A program made the translations under genes and the position numbers. A stretch of DNA of 64,000 bases from Centroscyllium fabricii (lineage: Eukaryota): NCBI GenBank assembly GCA_051313645.2, contig JBNRSN020000006.1:294562001-294626000 (forward strand), given 5' to 3'. Positions 26,373-38,649 of the stretch are shown here, in pieces (within the stretch, counting starts at the first letter, position 1; each line of letters starts with the position of its first letter). Under the pieces are notes generated by a model. That model saw nothing but the letters and a program-made list of their open reading frames with translations. It was not told the DNA's origin and ran no database searches.

Positions 26373-27163
26373 TATATTTATGGCCACTGGTTCAGGTCTC
26401 GCCTGCAAGTGGAATTAATTTCTCTACGTCTACCCTATCGAACCCCTTTCATAATTTTGAAGACCTCAATCAGGTCACCGCTCAGCCTTCTCTTTTCTAG
26501 AGAAAAGAGTCCCGGCCTGTTCAATCTTTCCTGATTGGTAGAAACTCTCAGTTCTGGTATCATCTGAGTAAATATTTTTTTGGGTGTAGTACCCACACTA
26601 ACAGCCTAGTTGGGGTCAGCTAGCTGTACAAATCGAGAACGAAGCCTATGACTTTTCCAAAACAGTATAACTTCCTCAGGGAAGCAGAGCCAGACATGGA
26701 AGCAGCCATGTTCTCCTTCGTACAACAAGGAGTCCTGAGACCAATAGCCACCCGCGTAAACTCTCCGCTGTGGCCGATTAGAAAGCCGGACAACTGGAGG
26801 GCCACAATGGACTATCGGGTGTTAAATAGTAACATCCCAGCCTGTGCACCCACAGTAGCAGCAGTTGCCGACCTGATAGGTCGGCACGGTGGCATAGTGG
26901 TTAGCACTGTTGCTGCACAGCACTGGAGACCCGGGTTCAAATCCAGCCTCGGGTGACTATCTGTGTGGAGTTTGCACATTCTCCCCGTGTCTGCGTGGGT
27001 TTCCTCCGGGTGCTCCGATTTCCTCCCACAGTCCAAAGATGTGCGGGTTAGGTTGATTGGCCATGATAAATTGACCCTTAGTGTTAGGGGGATTGAATAT
27101 GTGGGGTTACGGGGATAGGGTGGGATAGGCACAAAGCAACCAGGGGGGACGGTACATACACCC

Positions 27164-27871
27164 GTGCAGAAGGGCAGGCGGGAGTCGGCGAAAGGGAAGG
27201 GGGAGGATGGGTCGAGGCCCTCAGGGGACATTCTCCTCGGCAACAAGTATGCAGCCCTGAATAATGAAGGGGGGGAAGAACTAACAGGGGGAGACCGAGA
27301 GGATGAGAACTCGGATACCAGACCAGAAGAGGTGGTGCAAAAAGGAGGAGGGGGAAGGCTGAGAGCAATAGTTATGGGCGACTCAATGGTGAGAAGGATG
27401 GAGAGGAGGTTTTGCGGGAGCAAAAGGGACTCGAGGATGGTCTGTTGCTTCCCAGGTGCCAAGGTCCAAGACATCTCGGACCGTGTTTACAGCACTCTAA
27501 AAGGGGAGAGCAAACAAGTGCAGGTCATGGTACACATAGGTACGAACGACATAGGGAGGAAAAAAGAGGAAGACATTAAGCGGGAATTTAAGGAACTCGG
27601 AAGGAAACTGAGAGACAAAACGAATAATGCCACGATTTCTGGGATCCTACCAGTGCCACGGGATACGGTGTGGAAAAACGAAAACAGAAAGCGAATAAAC
27701 GCGTGGCTACAAGATTGGTGCGGAAGGGAGCGCATGAGTTTCGTGGACAATTGGGGATTGTTCTGGGGAAGGTGGGATCTGTATGATGAGGACGGCTTGC
27801 ACCTGAACCGAAGGGGCATCAGCATTCTGGGAGGGAAACTCGCTTCGGCCATAAAGGGGGATTTAAACTAA
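27164..27871 (+). CDS. CR1 ORF1 C-terminal SGNH/GDSL esterase-like domain (partial)
   Basis: [18 protein letters not shown] and DGLHLN blocks. Confidence 0.9.
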   Translation: MQKGRRESAKGKGEDGSRPSGDILLGNKYAALNNEGGEELTGGDREDENSDTRPEEVVQKGGGGRLRAIVMGDSMVRRMERRFCGSKRDSRMVCCFPGAKVQDISDRVYSTLKGESKQVQVMVHIGTNDIGRKKEEDIKREFKELGRKLRDKTNNATISGILPVPRDTVWKNENRKRINAWLQDWCGRERMSFVDNWGLFWGRWDLYDEDGLHLNRRGISILGGKLASAIKGDLN

Positions 27872-30744
27872 TTGGCCAGGGGGATGGGGAAACGGGCAGG
27901 GAAACAGAGGGGAGACCGGGGAACAACGAGGAAAAGGGGGGAGAACCAAGGACACAGGGAAGGGAAAGGGGTCTGAAATGCACCTACTTCAATGCAAGAA
28001 GTATAAGGAACAAGGCAGGGGAGTTAGGGGCATGGATGGCGGCATGGGACTTCGATGTGGTGGCCATTACAGAGACATGGCTGGAGCAGGGACAGGACTG
28101 GATGCTTGGGGTCCCGGGATACAGAAGCTTCTGGAGGAGCAGGGAGGGAGGAAAGCGCGGGGGGGGAGTAGCACTGCTGGTCAAGGACAACGTGACGGCT
28201 ACAGAAAAAAACTTTGAGGGGGGCACACGAACGGAGGTAGTATGGGCGGAGCTTAGAAATAGGAAGGGGGCGGTAACGTTAGTGGGAGTCTTTTATAGAC
28301 CACCAAATAGTAACAGGGAGGTGGAGGAGGAAATTGCGCGACAAATAAAGGAAAGATGTCGGGGACAGAGGGTAGTTATAATGGGAGATTTCAATTTCCC
28401 TAATATAGACTGGAATCTAGGTAGGTCAAAGAGTGCAGAGGGAGAGATTTTCTTACAATGCGTACAGGAGGGTTTCCTGACACAATACATGGAGGAACCA
28501 ACAAGGGTGGGGGGGGGGGCAACGTTGGACCTGGTTCTGGGAAATGAACCAGGCCAAGTGGTAGAACTGGGGGTAAGGGAGCACTTTGGGGACAGTGACC
28601 ACAACTCGGTGACGTTCACAATAGTAATGGAGAAGGATAGGAGCATGAGGCAGGGTAAGGTATACAGCTGGGGGAGGGGAAATTACGACAGGGTTAGGCA
28701 CAATTTAGCTAACACCAATTGGGAACGGGAACTTGCTGGGAGAGGAACGGAAGAAAAATGGAGAGTGTTCAGGGAGCAAATTATGAAAGCCCTGGATAAG
28801 CATGTCCCGAGTAGGATGGGAAGCAAGGGTAAGAAGAGAGAACCATGGATCACGAAAGAGGTAGAACAATTAGTAAAAAAGAAGAAGGAAGCATATGATA
28901 GAATGAGAAAACAGAGTACAGAAGGGGCGGGAAGGGAGTACAAAGAAGCAAGGAAAAATCTGAAGAATGGGCTAAGGAAGGCAAAGGGAGGGCATGAGAA
29001 GGCATTAGCGGGAAGGATAAAGGAGAACCCTAAGGCTTTCTATGCTTACGTAAGAAATAAAAGGATGACTAGGGTAAGAGTAGGGCCGATCAAAGACAGC
29101 AAGGGAGAAATGTGCACGGAGCCAGAGGAAATTGGGGAAGCACTAAATGAATATTTTGCGTCCGTGTTCACAAGGGAGAGGGAACTAAAAGTAGAGGGGG
29201 AGTTCAAGATACAAGGGGAAAGGATGGGGGAAGTAAATATTCAGAGGGGGGAGGTATTGGATATTTTGGAGAAACTGAAGGTAGACAAATCTCCTGGGCC
29301 GGACGGGATATATCCAAGGATTCTCTGGGAGGCGAGGAACGAAATCGCAGAGCCACTGACCTCTATCTTTAGATCATCGCTATCCTCGGGGATAGTCCCT
29401 AAGGACTGGAGAGAGGCGAATGTGGCTCCCATATTTAAAAAGGGGAGCAGGGACGTGCCAGGGAACTACAGACCAGTCAGCCTCACCTCAGTGGTCGGAA
29501 AGGTGATGGAAAGGGTCCTGAGGGACAGGATCTACGACCATCTAGAAAGGGGCGAATTAATCAGAAGCAGTCAGCACGGATTCGTTAAAGGCAAATCGTG
29601 CCTGACCAACCTGATAGAATTCTTTGAAGAGGTGACCAAGAGTGTGGACGAGGGAAAGGCGGTTGATGTCATATATATGGACTTCAGCAAGGCGTTCGAC
29701 AAGGTCCCGCACGGTCGGCTCATGAAGAAAGTAAGGAGCTGCGGGGTAAGCAACAAAGTGGTGGGATGGATTGAGAACTGGCTGGCTCAGAGGAAGCAGA
29801 GGGTAGTGGTAGAGGGCCAATACTCGGGTTGGAGACCGGTCACCAGTGGGGTACCACAGGGGTCGGTGTTGGGGCCACTACTGTTTGTAATCTTCATCAA
29901 TGACTTGGAGGAGGGGACTGAGGGGTGGGTCAGCAAATTTGCGGATGACACATAGATTGGGGGAGAAGTGGATGAGGAGGAAGGAAGCAGAAAGATTCAG
30001 AGGGATATAGACAGGATACAGAGCTGGGCTGAAGAATGGCAAATGGAGTTCAACACGGGAAAATGCGAGGTGATGCACTTCGGTAGGGCAAATAGGAAGA
30101 GGGAATATAGGGTCAACGGCAGGGTCCTGAGTGAAGCAGAGGAGCAAAGGGATCTGGGAGTATATGTACACAGATCACTGAAGGCTGCCACCCAGGTGGA
30201 CAAGGCAGTAAAAAAGGCCTATGGTGTATTGGCCTTCATCAACAGGGGAATAGAGTTTAAGAACCGGGAGGTCATGCTGCAGCTGTACAGGTCACTGGTG
30301 AGACCACACTTGGAGTACTGTGTGCAGTTCTGGGCACCGTACTACAGGAGGGATGTGGAGGCGCTGGAGAGAGTGCAGAGGAGATTCACCAGGATGCTGC
30401 CGGGAATGGGGGGAAAGTCATACGAGGAACGGTTAAGGGAACTGGGACTCTTCTCCCTGGAACGGAGAAGGAAGAGGGGGGACTTGATAGAGATGTTTAA
30501 AATGATGAAGGGGATCGATAGAGTAAACGTGCAAAGACTGTTTCCCCGGGCGGGAAGAACGACAACAAGAGGACACGAGCACAAGATTCAAGGAGGAAGA
30601 TTCAGAAGGGATGGCAGGGGCAAGTTCTTTACACAGAGAGTGGTCGGGGAATGGAATAGGCTACCATCTGAAATAGTGGAGGCGGACAGTCTGGGTGCTT
30701 TTAAAAGGATGATAGACAGGTACATGGAGGGGAAGGAACAGTAG
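27862..30744 (+). pseudogene. CR1 ORF2 (AP endonuclease-RT) with one premature stop at 29953-29955
   Basis: One continuous frame: YFNARS, TETW, GDFN, SDH, KFADDT*IGG; ORFs 28036-29955 and 29968-30744 are in the same frame. Confidence 0.92.
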
Positions 30745-31739
30745 GGGGGACAGGAAAAATCAGAGACGGACTAAAGGCGGCACTACATTGAGGGCCCAAG
30801 GGCCTGTACAGTGCTGTATGTTCTATGTTCTATGTTCTATGTGTCGGTGCAGGTTCGATAGGGATCGAGGGATATGGGGACAAGGCAGGGACAGGGTACT
30901 GGGTTTGGATGATCAGCCATGATCTCATTGAATGGCGGAGCAGGCTCGAAGGGCCGAATGGCCGACTCCTGCTCCTATCTTCTATGTTTCTATGTTATTC
31001 CAGCATCCGCGACCACTTTCACGGTGCTGGATATTTCCAACGGGTTTTGGTCATTACCTTTCTAATAGTACCGAGTGTATTTCCCAACAAAGCCACTAAG
31101 GGAAGTCAACATTTCTTTACCCAATTAAACACATTCGAGTTTTAGTTAAAGAATTAATTTCAAAAGAGAAAATTCTTCACAACGCAGGGACAAATTCATA
31201 AACCCGTATGACGGGGCGAAAAAAAAACCAGACATTGAGATTTTGATCATTGCATTCTTTATTCAGAATCCTGTGGAAGACCAGATTTTTCTGCAACGTG
31301 TAGTGAAAAGTTCTAGCCAGTTGTTTCGAGCGAATAAATAGACTGTGGTTCTGAATTAAAGTTAGCAGCAAAGATCTATGGTATTTGCAATAACACACCT
31401 TTCAGGCAGTCCATGCGATTTAAAGGTCAGAATTTGACATGCAGATGTCCATTTATTTGCACAGTCACTAATATATCAAACCGCACAACAAAAACTACAC
31501 CGAATATTGGTTCAGAATTTACTGTTTTTAGCGGGCAGCACTAAACCCATCCCCTGTTTGACAGAGAGAGACTGTGCTTTTGACTTTCTTGTAGCAAACA
31601 AGAATAGGTTATTTCCTTTCTATATTAAAGCACAATTCTGCACAGATTTACATGTTAATGCAGTTAGGACATTTTTACAGTGCATTTACAGCAGCATACG
31701 TTGATAGAAATGAGTATGCTCTACACTCGAGGGCCAGGG

Positions 31740-32060
31740 ATTTTTTTATTCGTTCACGGGATGTGGGCATCGCTGGCAAGGCCAGCATTTATTGCCCATC
31801 CCTAATTTCCCTCGTGAAGGCGGTGGTGAGCCTCGCTCTTGAACCGCTGCAGTCCGTGCGGTGAAAGTTCTCCCACAGTGCTGTTAGGGAGGGAGTTCCA
31901 GGATTTTGTCCCAGTGACTATGGAAGAACGGCCGACATATTCTAAGCCGGGATGGTCTGTGTGACTTGGAGGGAAACTTGGAGGTGGTGGTGTTCCCATG
32001 CGCCTGCTGCCCTTGTCCTTCTCTGTGTTAGAGGTCGCGGGTTTGGGAGGTGCTGCCGCA
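31740..32060 (-). mobile_element. CR1/L2-group LINE 3' end (second lineage)
   Basis: Matches 61675-62000. Confidence 0.75.
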
Positions 32061-32274
32061 GAAGATGCTTATGTGTTTGGGTGGAGCACATAAAATGAAT
32101 ACAAGTAAAAAAAAGACTTTTGTGTATTCCTTTCGCTTAAAACCAGCAGTCAAGCATCAGATGAGCACATTAACAAATCAGCATAGGCTAGTGTTTGAGA
32201 TGTACACCCTTCATCAAAGCCGTTCAGATAAAGGGTCTACACCTGAAATGATAACCAGTCTTTTTCTTTGTATA

Positions 32275-32735
32275 TATCTGAGGAAGGATGTTCTTGCCAT
32301 GGAAGGAGTGCAGCTGCGATTCACCAGGATGATACCTGGAATGGCAGGAATGACCTACGAGGAGAGATTGTGCAGTTTGGGCTTGTACTCGCTGGAGTTT
32401 AGAAGATTGAGAGGGGATCTCATCGCACCATATAAAATTCTGACAGGCCTGGACAGGTTAAATTCAGAATGAATGTTTCCAATGGCGGGGGAGTCCAGAA
32501 CCAGGGGCCACAGTCTAAGGATAAGGGGTAAACCATTTAGGACAGATATGAGGAAGAATTTCTTCACCCAGAGAGGGGTGAGCCTGTGGAATTCCTTGCC
32601 ACAGAGGGCAGTGGAGGCCAGTTCATTAAATATATTTAAGAGGGAATTGGATATATTTCTTCAGGCTAAAGGGATTAAGGGTTACGGAGAGAAGGCGGGG
32701 ACTGGGTACTGAACTTGAAAGATCAGCCATGATCT
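32275..32735 (+). mobile_element. CR1 3' fragment
   Basis: LRKDVLAMEGVQ..GEKAGTGY. Confidence 0.9.
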
Positions 32736-33182
32736 CAGCCAAAGATCAGCCATGATCTCATTGAATGGCGGAGCAGGCTCGAAGGGCCGAATGGCCTACT
32801 CCTGCTCCTATCTTCTATGTTTCTATATTGATGGTCTTTGCTGCGTCGTTCCAGATCCTTCTGTTTTAATTTGATTTTCAGAATTTTCTTCCTTCTTACC
32901 AGCACACAATCCTGAATTTGTGTCACTCCACTCACACATTTTATCAGAACATAAGAACTAGGAGCAGGAGTCGAGCCTGCTCCGCCATTCAATGAGATCA
33001 CGGCTGATCTTCGACCTCAACACCACTTTCCCGCCCGATCTCCATACCCCTTGATTCCCCTGGAGTCCCAAAATCTATCGATCTCAGCCTTGAATATATT
33101 CAATGACTCAGCATCCACAGCCCTCTGGGGTAGAGAATTCCAAAGATTCACAACCCTCTGAGTGAAGCAATTCCTCCTCATA

Positions 33183-34395
33183 TAATAGCAAAATACTGCA
33201 GATGCTGGAAATCTGAAATAACAACAAAAAATGCTGGAAATACTCAGCAGGCCAGGCCGAAGGCAGTTCCGGTTCCGGCCACATCAGCCGCCATGGAGGG
33301 GACCTCCTCCTCCTCGAGGCAAAGTTAAATCGGCCACCATCCGTCCATGAGGAATGCCGGGAGGAGCCCGGCGTAGACGGTAGGATGAGGGAAGGCAGTC
33401 TGGAGCGATCAGGGGAACGGGGAGCCCGGAGGACTCGGGGAGCCGGCAAGGCGCCGGGCCGAGGGCTAGGCCTCCGGCCTCCGGGTGCTGCTCCCGGAGC
33501 CCGGCGGACTCGGCTGGAGCCGCGAGGCAAGGGACCAGGACCTTCGAACGCGGCCCCCGGAGCCCAGTTTCCGAGAGGTTTCGGTGAGGAGCAGGAGAAG
33601 CAGGTCACAGGCGTCCAGGCGCTTCGGAGCTCGGCGGACTCGGGGATGGGGGGGGCGGTGGATGGCGTCGGACCAAGGGGTAGGCCCAGGGCCTTCAAAT
33701 GTGGCCCCCGGAGCCCAGGTCTTTCGAGAGGATGCAGGGGAGCGAGTGAACCAACAGAAGAAGGTCGGCGATTGAAACAACAGAAAGGACTTTAAGAACC
33801 TTGAGAACTTTAAGAACTTTGCGTGCAGGAGAGGTCGGAGTCGTGCGAGAACGGGACTTGTGATTGATGGCGCTGGTGAGATGGCTGCCGTCTCACGGGC
33901 TCCGGGCGTGTCGGGCAGCTTAGTGTTCTATGTTGCGCGGTGCGTTCGAACCGTGAAAAAAGCATTTCACTGTCTCGATCGCACTTGTTGTATTTTAGTA
34001 CATGTGACAAATAAAATTGAAATAAGAGCATCCGTGGAGGGAGAAACTGAGTTAACGTTTCGGGTTCTGGACCTTTCATCGGAACTGGAATGAACTGGAA
34101 CAGGAACAGCTATTAAGCAGGTGCAGAGACAGTTGTGGGGGGGGCGGTTTGGAGGGGAGGAAGGATTGAAAGGACAAGCTGTGAAAATGTCGCCAATGGT
34201 AATGGCAAAATCACACAGCATGAAAAATAGGGGCAGGGATTATTATCTGAAATTATTGAACTCGATATTGAGCCCGGACGGTTTATTCCAGTTCCAATGA
34301 AGGGTCCAGAACCCGAAACGTTAACTCAGTTCCTCTCTCCACGGATGCGGCCTGGCCTGCTGAGTATTTCCAGCATTTTCTGTTGTTATTTCAAA
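33183..34395. mobile_element. Penelope-like inverted end pair inside a CR1 tail, with a GC-rich insert (about 33258-34025)
   Basis: GCTGGAAATACTCAGCAGG and GAGTTAACGTTTCGGGTTCTGGACC occur in both orientations; CTCCTCAT duplicated at the flanks. Confidence 0.65.
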
Positions 34396-34604
34396 TTTCT
34401 CCTCATCTCAGTCCTAAATGGCCAACCCCTTATCCTGAGTCTGTGACCCCTAAATCTTGACTCTCCAGCCTGGGGAAACAGACTATTTTGACCAAGTATT
34501 TAACTTCCGCTGTGTGCAACAGCGTTTTCAGGTGGAACTGAATACAAGTGGAATTTGTTGCCTGACCTGCTGAGTATTTCAAGCATTTACTGTATATATT
34601 TCAG

Positions 34605-35872
34605 ACTTCCTAATCTATTGGAATTCTTTGAGGATGTAACTGATAAAATAGATAGGGGAGAGCCAGTAGATGTGGTTTATCTGGACTTCCAGAAAGCCTT
34701 TGAAAAGGTCCCTCATAGGAGATTGGCATGCAAAATTAAGGCTCAAGGGATTGGGGGCAGGGTATTGACGTGGATAGAGAACTGGTTGGCAGATAGAAAA
34801 CAGAGAGTTGGGATAAACGGGTCGTTTTCTGATTGGCGGGCAGTGACTAGTGGGGTACTGCAGGGGTCTGTACTGGGACCCCAGCTGTTCACAATATATA
34901 TTAATGACCTGGATGAGGGAATTGGATGTAACATCTCCAAATTCGCAGATGGCACTAAGCTTGGAGGGGGAGTATGCTCTGAGGAGGATGTCAGGAAGCT
35001 CCAGTGCGATTTGGACAGATTGGGGGATTGGGCGAATACATGGCAAATGCACTATAATGTGGATAAATGTGAGGTTATCCACTTTGGTAGCAAAAACAGG
35101 AAGGCAGATTATTATTTGAACGGCAATAGATTGGGAGATGGGGAAGTGCAAAGAGATCTGGGTGTTCTTGTGCACCAGTCACTGAAGGTGAGCATGCAGG
35201 TGCAGCAGGCGGTTAAAAAGGCAAATGGTATGTTGGCCTTTATATCAAGAGGGTTTGAGTATAGGAATAGGGATGGCTTGCTGCAGCTGTACAGGGCCTT
35301 GGTGAGGCCACACCTTGAGTATTGTGTGCAGTTTTGGTCGCCTCATCTGAGGAAGGATGTTCTTGCCATGGGAGTGCAACGACGATTCACCAGGCTGATA
35401 CCTGGGATGGCAGGAATGACTTATGAGGAGAGATTGTGTAGTCTGGGCTTATACTCGCTGGAGTTTAGAAGATTAAGAGGGGATCTCATCAAGACTTATA
35501 AAATTCTGTCAGGCCTGGACAGGTTAGATGCAGAAAGGATGTTTCCGATGGCGGGGGAGTCGAGAACCAGGGGGCATAGTCTAAGGATAAGGGGTAAGCC
35601 ATTTGGGACTGAGATGAGGAGGAAATTATTCACACAGAGAGTGGTGAACCTGTGGAATTCTTTGCCACAGAGGGCGGTGGAGGCCGGTTCATTGAATATA
35701 TTCAAGAGGGAACTGGATATATTTCTTCAGGCTAAAGCGATTAAGGGATATGGGGAGAAGGCAGGGACGGGGTACTGAACGTGCAAGATCAGCCATGATC
35801 TCGTTAAATGGCAGAGCAGGCTCGAAGCGCCGAATGGCCTACTCCTGCTCCTATCTTCTATGTTTCTATGTT
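34605..35872 (+). mobile_element. CR1 RT/3' portion
   Basis: 407-aa ORF with RT motifs; (TTTCTATG)n tail. Confidence 0.92.
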
Positions 35873-36272
35873 TTCCGGCATCCACAGTATTTGGTTTGTT
35901 ACAAGTGAAATATGTGGAAGGGAGGTGTGGGGAAAGGGAGACATGAAAAATAGTGTGGAATCATAGAATGATATAGCACAGAAGGAGGCCGTTCAGCCCA
36001 TCGTGCCTGTGCCGGCTCTTTGAACGAGCGATCCAATTAGTCCCACTCCCTGCTCTTTCCCCATAGCCCTGCAAATATTTCCCCTTTCCAGCAATTAACT
36101 AACTGACAAGAGGGACATTATAAGAGAAAACGGAAAAAGGGAGAAAATTAGAAAAATGAAATGTATGAAAAAGAACATGGTAAAGAAAATAAAACATCAG
36201 ATGTTCAGGAAAAATAACATCTCTCACTCAATATCGATACCCTCCCACTCCTGCTGTCAAAACAGTGACAAT

Positions 36273-36843
36273 CATAGAAACATAGAAGATAGGAGCAGGA
36301 GTAGGCCATTCGGCCCTTCGAGCCTGCTCCGCCATTCGATGAGATCATGGCTGATCTTACAAATTCATTACCCCGTCCCTGCCTTCTCCCCATATCCCTT
36401 AATCCCTTTAGCCTGAAGAAATATATCCAGTTCCCTCTTGAATATATTAAATGAACCGGCCTCCACCGCCCTCTGTGGCAAAGAATTCCACAGGTTCACC
36501 ACTTTCTGTGTGAAGAATTTCCTCCTCATCTCAGTCCCAAAAGGCTTACCCCTTATCCTTAGACTATGCCCCCTGGTTCTCGACTCCCCCGCCATCGGAA
36601 ACATCCTTTCTGCATCTAACCTGTCCAGGCCTGACAGAATTTTATAAGTCTTGATGAGATCCCCTCTTAATCTTCTAAACTCCAGCGAGTATAAGCCCAG
36701 ACTACACAATCTCTCCTCATAAGTCATTCCTGCCATCCCAGGTATCAGCCTGGTGAATCGTCGCTGAACTCCCTCCATGGCAAGAACATCCTTCCTCAGA
36801 TGAGGTGACCAAAACTGCACACAATACTCAAGGTGTGGCCTCA
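36273..36843 (-). mobile_element. CR1 3' fragment, near-identical inverted copy of about 35305-35872
   Basis: Shared variants IKTYKILSG and GKPFGTEMRRK. Confidence 0.92.
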
Positions 36844-37104
36844 TTAGAAACGGGAGCCGTGTTTGCTATGTATGATAAACTGATCAGTCAAATTGTTTCT
36901 GAGAATCCTGTGGTGTTAGATTGAGGATCAGCTCGACTTTGCTCCCTCTGGTGTATCTCGGAGTAGTGCTGAGCCCACAATCCTCCTGAGCTTTACTCCG
37001 TCTGTAATGCCTATTGTGTTCGTAGTGCTAATCGATGGACCAGTCTGTCGGCATCAGGTATCATGAACCAGATCATACTGGCTCTCTTCTAGTGATGGAC
37101 AGAC

Positions 37105-37620
37105 AACTGGAAAGGTGTGATTGCACTCGAGAGGGTTACGAGGAGATTTGCAAAGGTGTTGCCAGGACTGGAGAATTTTAGCTCTGAGGAAAGATTGGAC
37201 AGGCTGGGGTTATTTTTTATGGAACCGAGGAGGCCGAGAGGAGATTTAACTGAGGTGTATAAAATTGAGGGGCCTAGATAGAGTGGATAGGAAGGACCTA
37301 TTTCCCCTAGCAGATAGGTCAATAACCAGGGGGCATAGATTTAAAGTAATTGGTAGAACGATTAGAGAAGAGTTGGGGAGAAATATTTTCACCCAGAGGG
37401 TGGTGGGGGTCTGGAACGCCCTTCCTGAAAGGGTGGTAGAGGCAGAAACCCTCATCACATTTAAAAAGTACTTGGATATGCACTTGAAGTGCTGCAACCA
37501 ACAGGGCTACGGACCGAGAGCTGGAAAGTGAGATTCGGCTGGAGAGCTCCTTTTTGGCCGGCACAGACACGATGGGCCGAATGGCCTCCTTCTGTGCTGT
37601 AAACTTCTACGATTCTATGA
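37105..37620 (+). mobile_element. CR1 3' fragment
   Basis: ITRGHRFKV and FTQRVVGVWNALP motifs; ATTCTATG tail. Confidence 0.85.
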
Positions 37621-38254
37621 ACTGGAATTAGTCGATGCTGTGCAATTAACTTTTTATTTCTGAAAGTGCGGTTCTGTACAATGTACATAATAGCATCCTT
37701 CGCTCCACCCACCCCCTACAAAAGAACTAAAGGGTATATTCTCATCAGACATATATATATATATCAAATGTACAGTGGCATTTGGTTGTCCATGGTGTGC
37801 CGGATGCCCAATCACATACCTGAATTTACGACGATGTCACCTGAAAATTTACCGCTTTAATCTGTCCCTAATCTTTTGATAAGACTGCCATGTGTTCAAC
37901 TGATGCTGAGGAATATATGATTCTTACAAGGAGGGTGGGGGAGGAATAAAGCAATTTTAGTTCCGTGATTACAGTAGCTTGTGTACAAATACTGAGGGGC
38001 AGCAGTTGAATCATCACCATTGTAGGCCAGAAGCATGATCCCACTTCCACAACACAAGGGAAGCACAGATAAAAGGCCATTGGGTGCAGCCCCAAATTGT
38101 GTGTAAAATACTACCGTGGACTCAATCCCGCCTATATAAATTCATGAGCAGAATGGTCTACATAAATATTCCTCGATCCCAAAAGATAATAAATAAAACG
38201 GTAGAATTATGTGTTTATCCTCAAATCTACACTGGCCTCCGTAAACTTGAGGTC

Positions 38255-38640
38255 ATCCAAAACTCGCACCAAGTTCCATTCGCTGACCTACATTGGCTCC
38301 CGGTTAAACAGCGCCTCAATTTTAAAAATCTCGTCATTTTTTTCAAAGCCCTCCATGGCCTTGCCCCTCCTCATCTCTAATCTCCTCCAGCCCTACAACC
38401 CTCCGAGATACCTGTGCTCCTCCAACTCTGGCCTCTTGAGCACCCCCCCATTTTAATCGCTCCACCATTGGCAGCCGTGCCTTCATCTGCCAAGGCCCTA
38501 AACTCTGGAATTCCCCCCCTAAACCTCTCCGCCTCTCTCTCCTTTTAAGAAGTCCCTTAAAACTTACTTCGTCATCTGTCCTAATATCCCCTCGGTGTCA
38601 AATGTTGTTTGATAATCGTTCCTATGAAGCGCATTGGGAA
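38255..38640 (+). mobile_element. L2 3' fragment
   Basis: LHWLPVKQRLNFK..KALHGLAP motif. Confidence 0.7.
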
Positions 38641-38649
38641 ATTTTACTA

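Larger units (their letters stand above)
27128..30840 (+). mobile_element. Young CR1 LINE, 5'-truncated within ORF1
   Basis: ORF1 esterase plus complete ORF2; (GTTCTAT)n tail. Confidence 0.95.
26880..30995 (+). mobile_element. V-SINE split by a CR1 insertion (26880-27127 plus 30838-30995)
   Basis: GGGTGGGATA|TGTGTCGGTGCAGG rejoins exactly. Confidence 0.9.
26625..31064 (+). pseudogene. Endogenous retrovirus-like pol (RT) fragment in two pieces (about 26625-26880 and 30994-31064)
   Basis: PKQY..QGVLRP..NSPLWPIRKPDNWRATMDYRVLN continuing as IPASATTFTVLDISNGFWSLP. Confidence 0.8.

Noticed and set aside
33108-33795. GC-rich overlapping ORFs
   Set aside because: Lie in a GC-rich insert within a Penelope end, are open on both strands and show no domain motif
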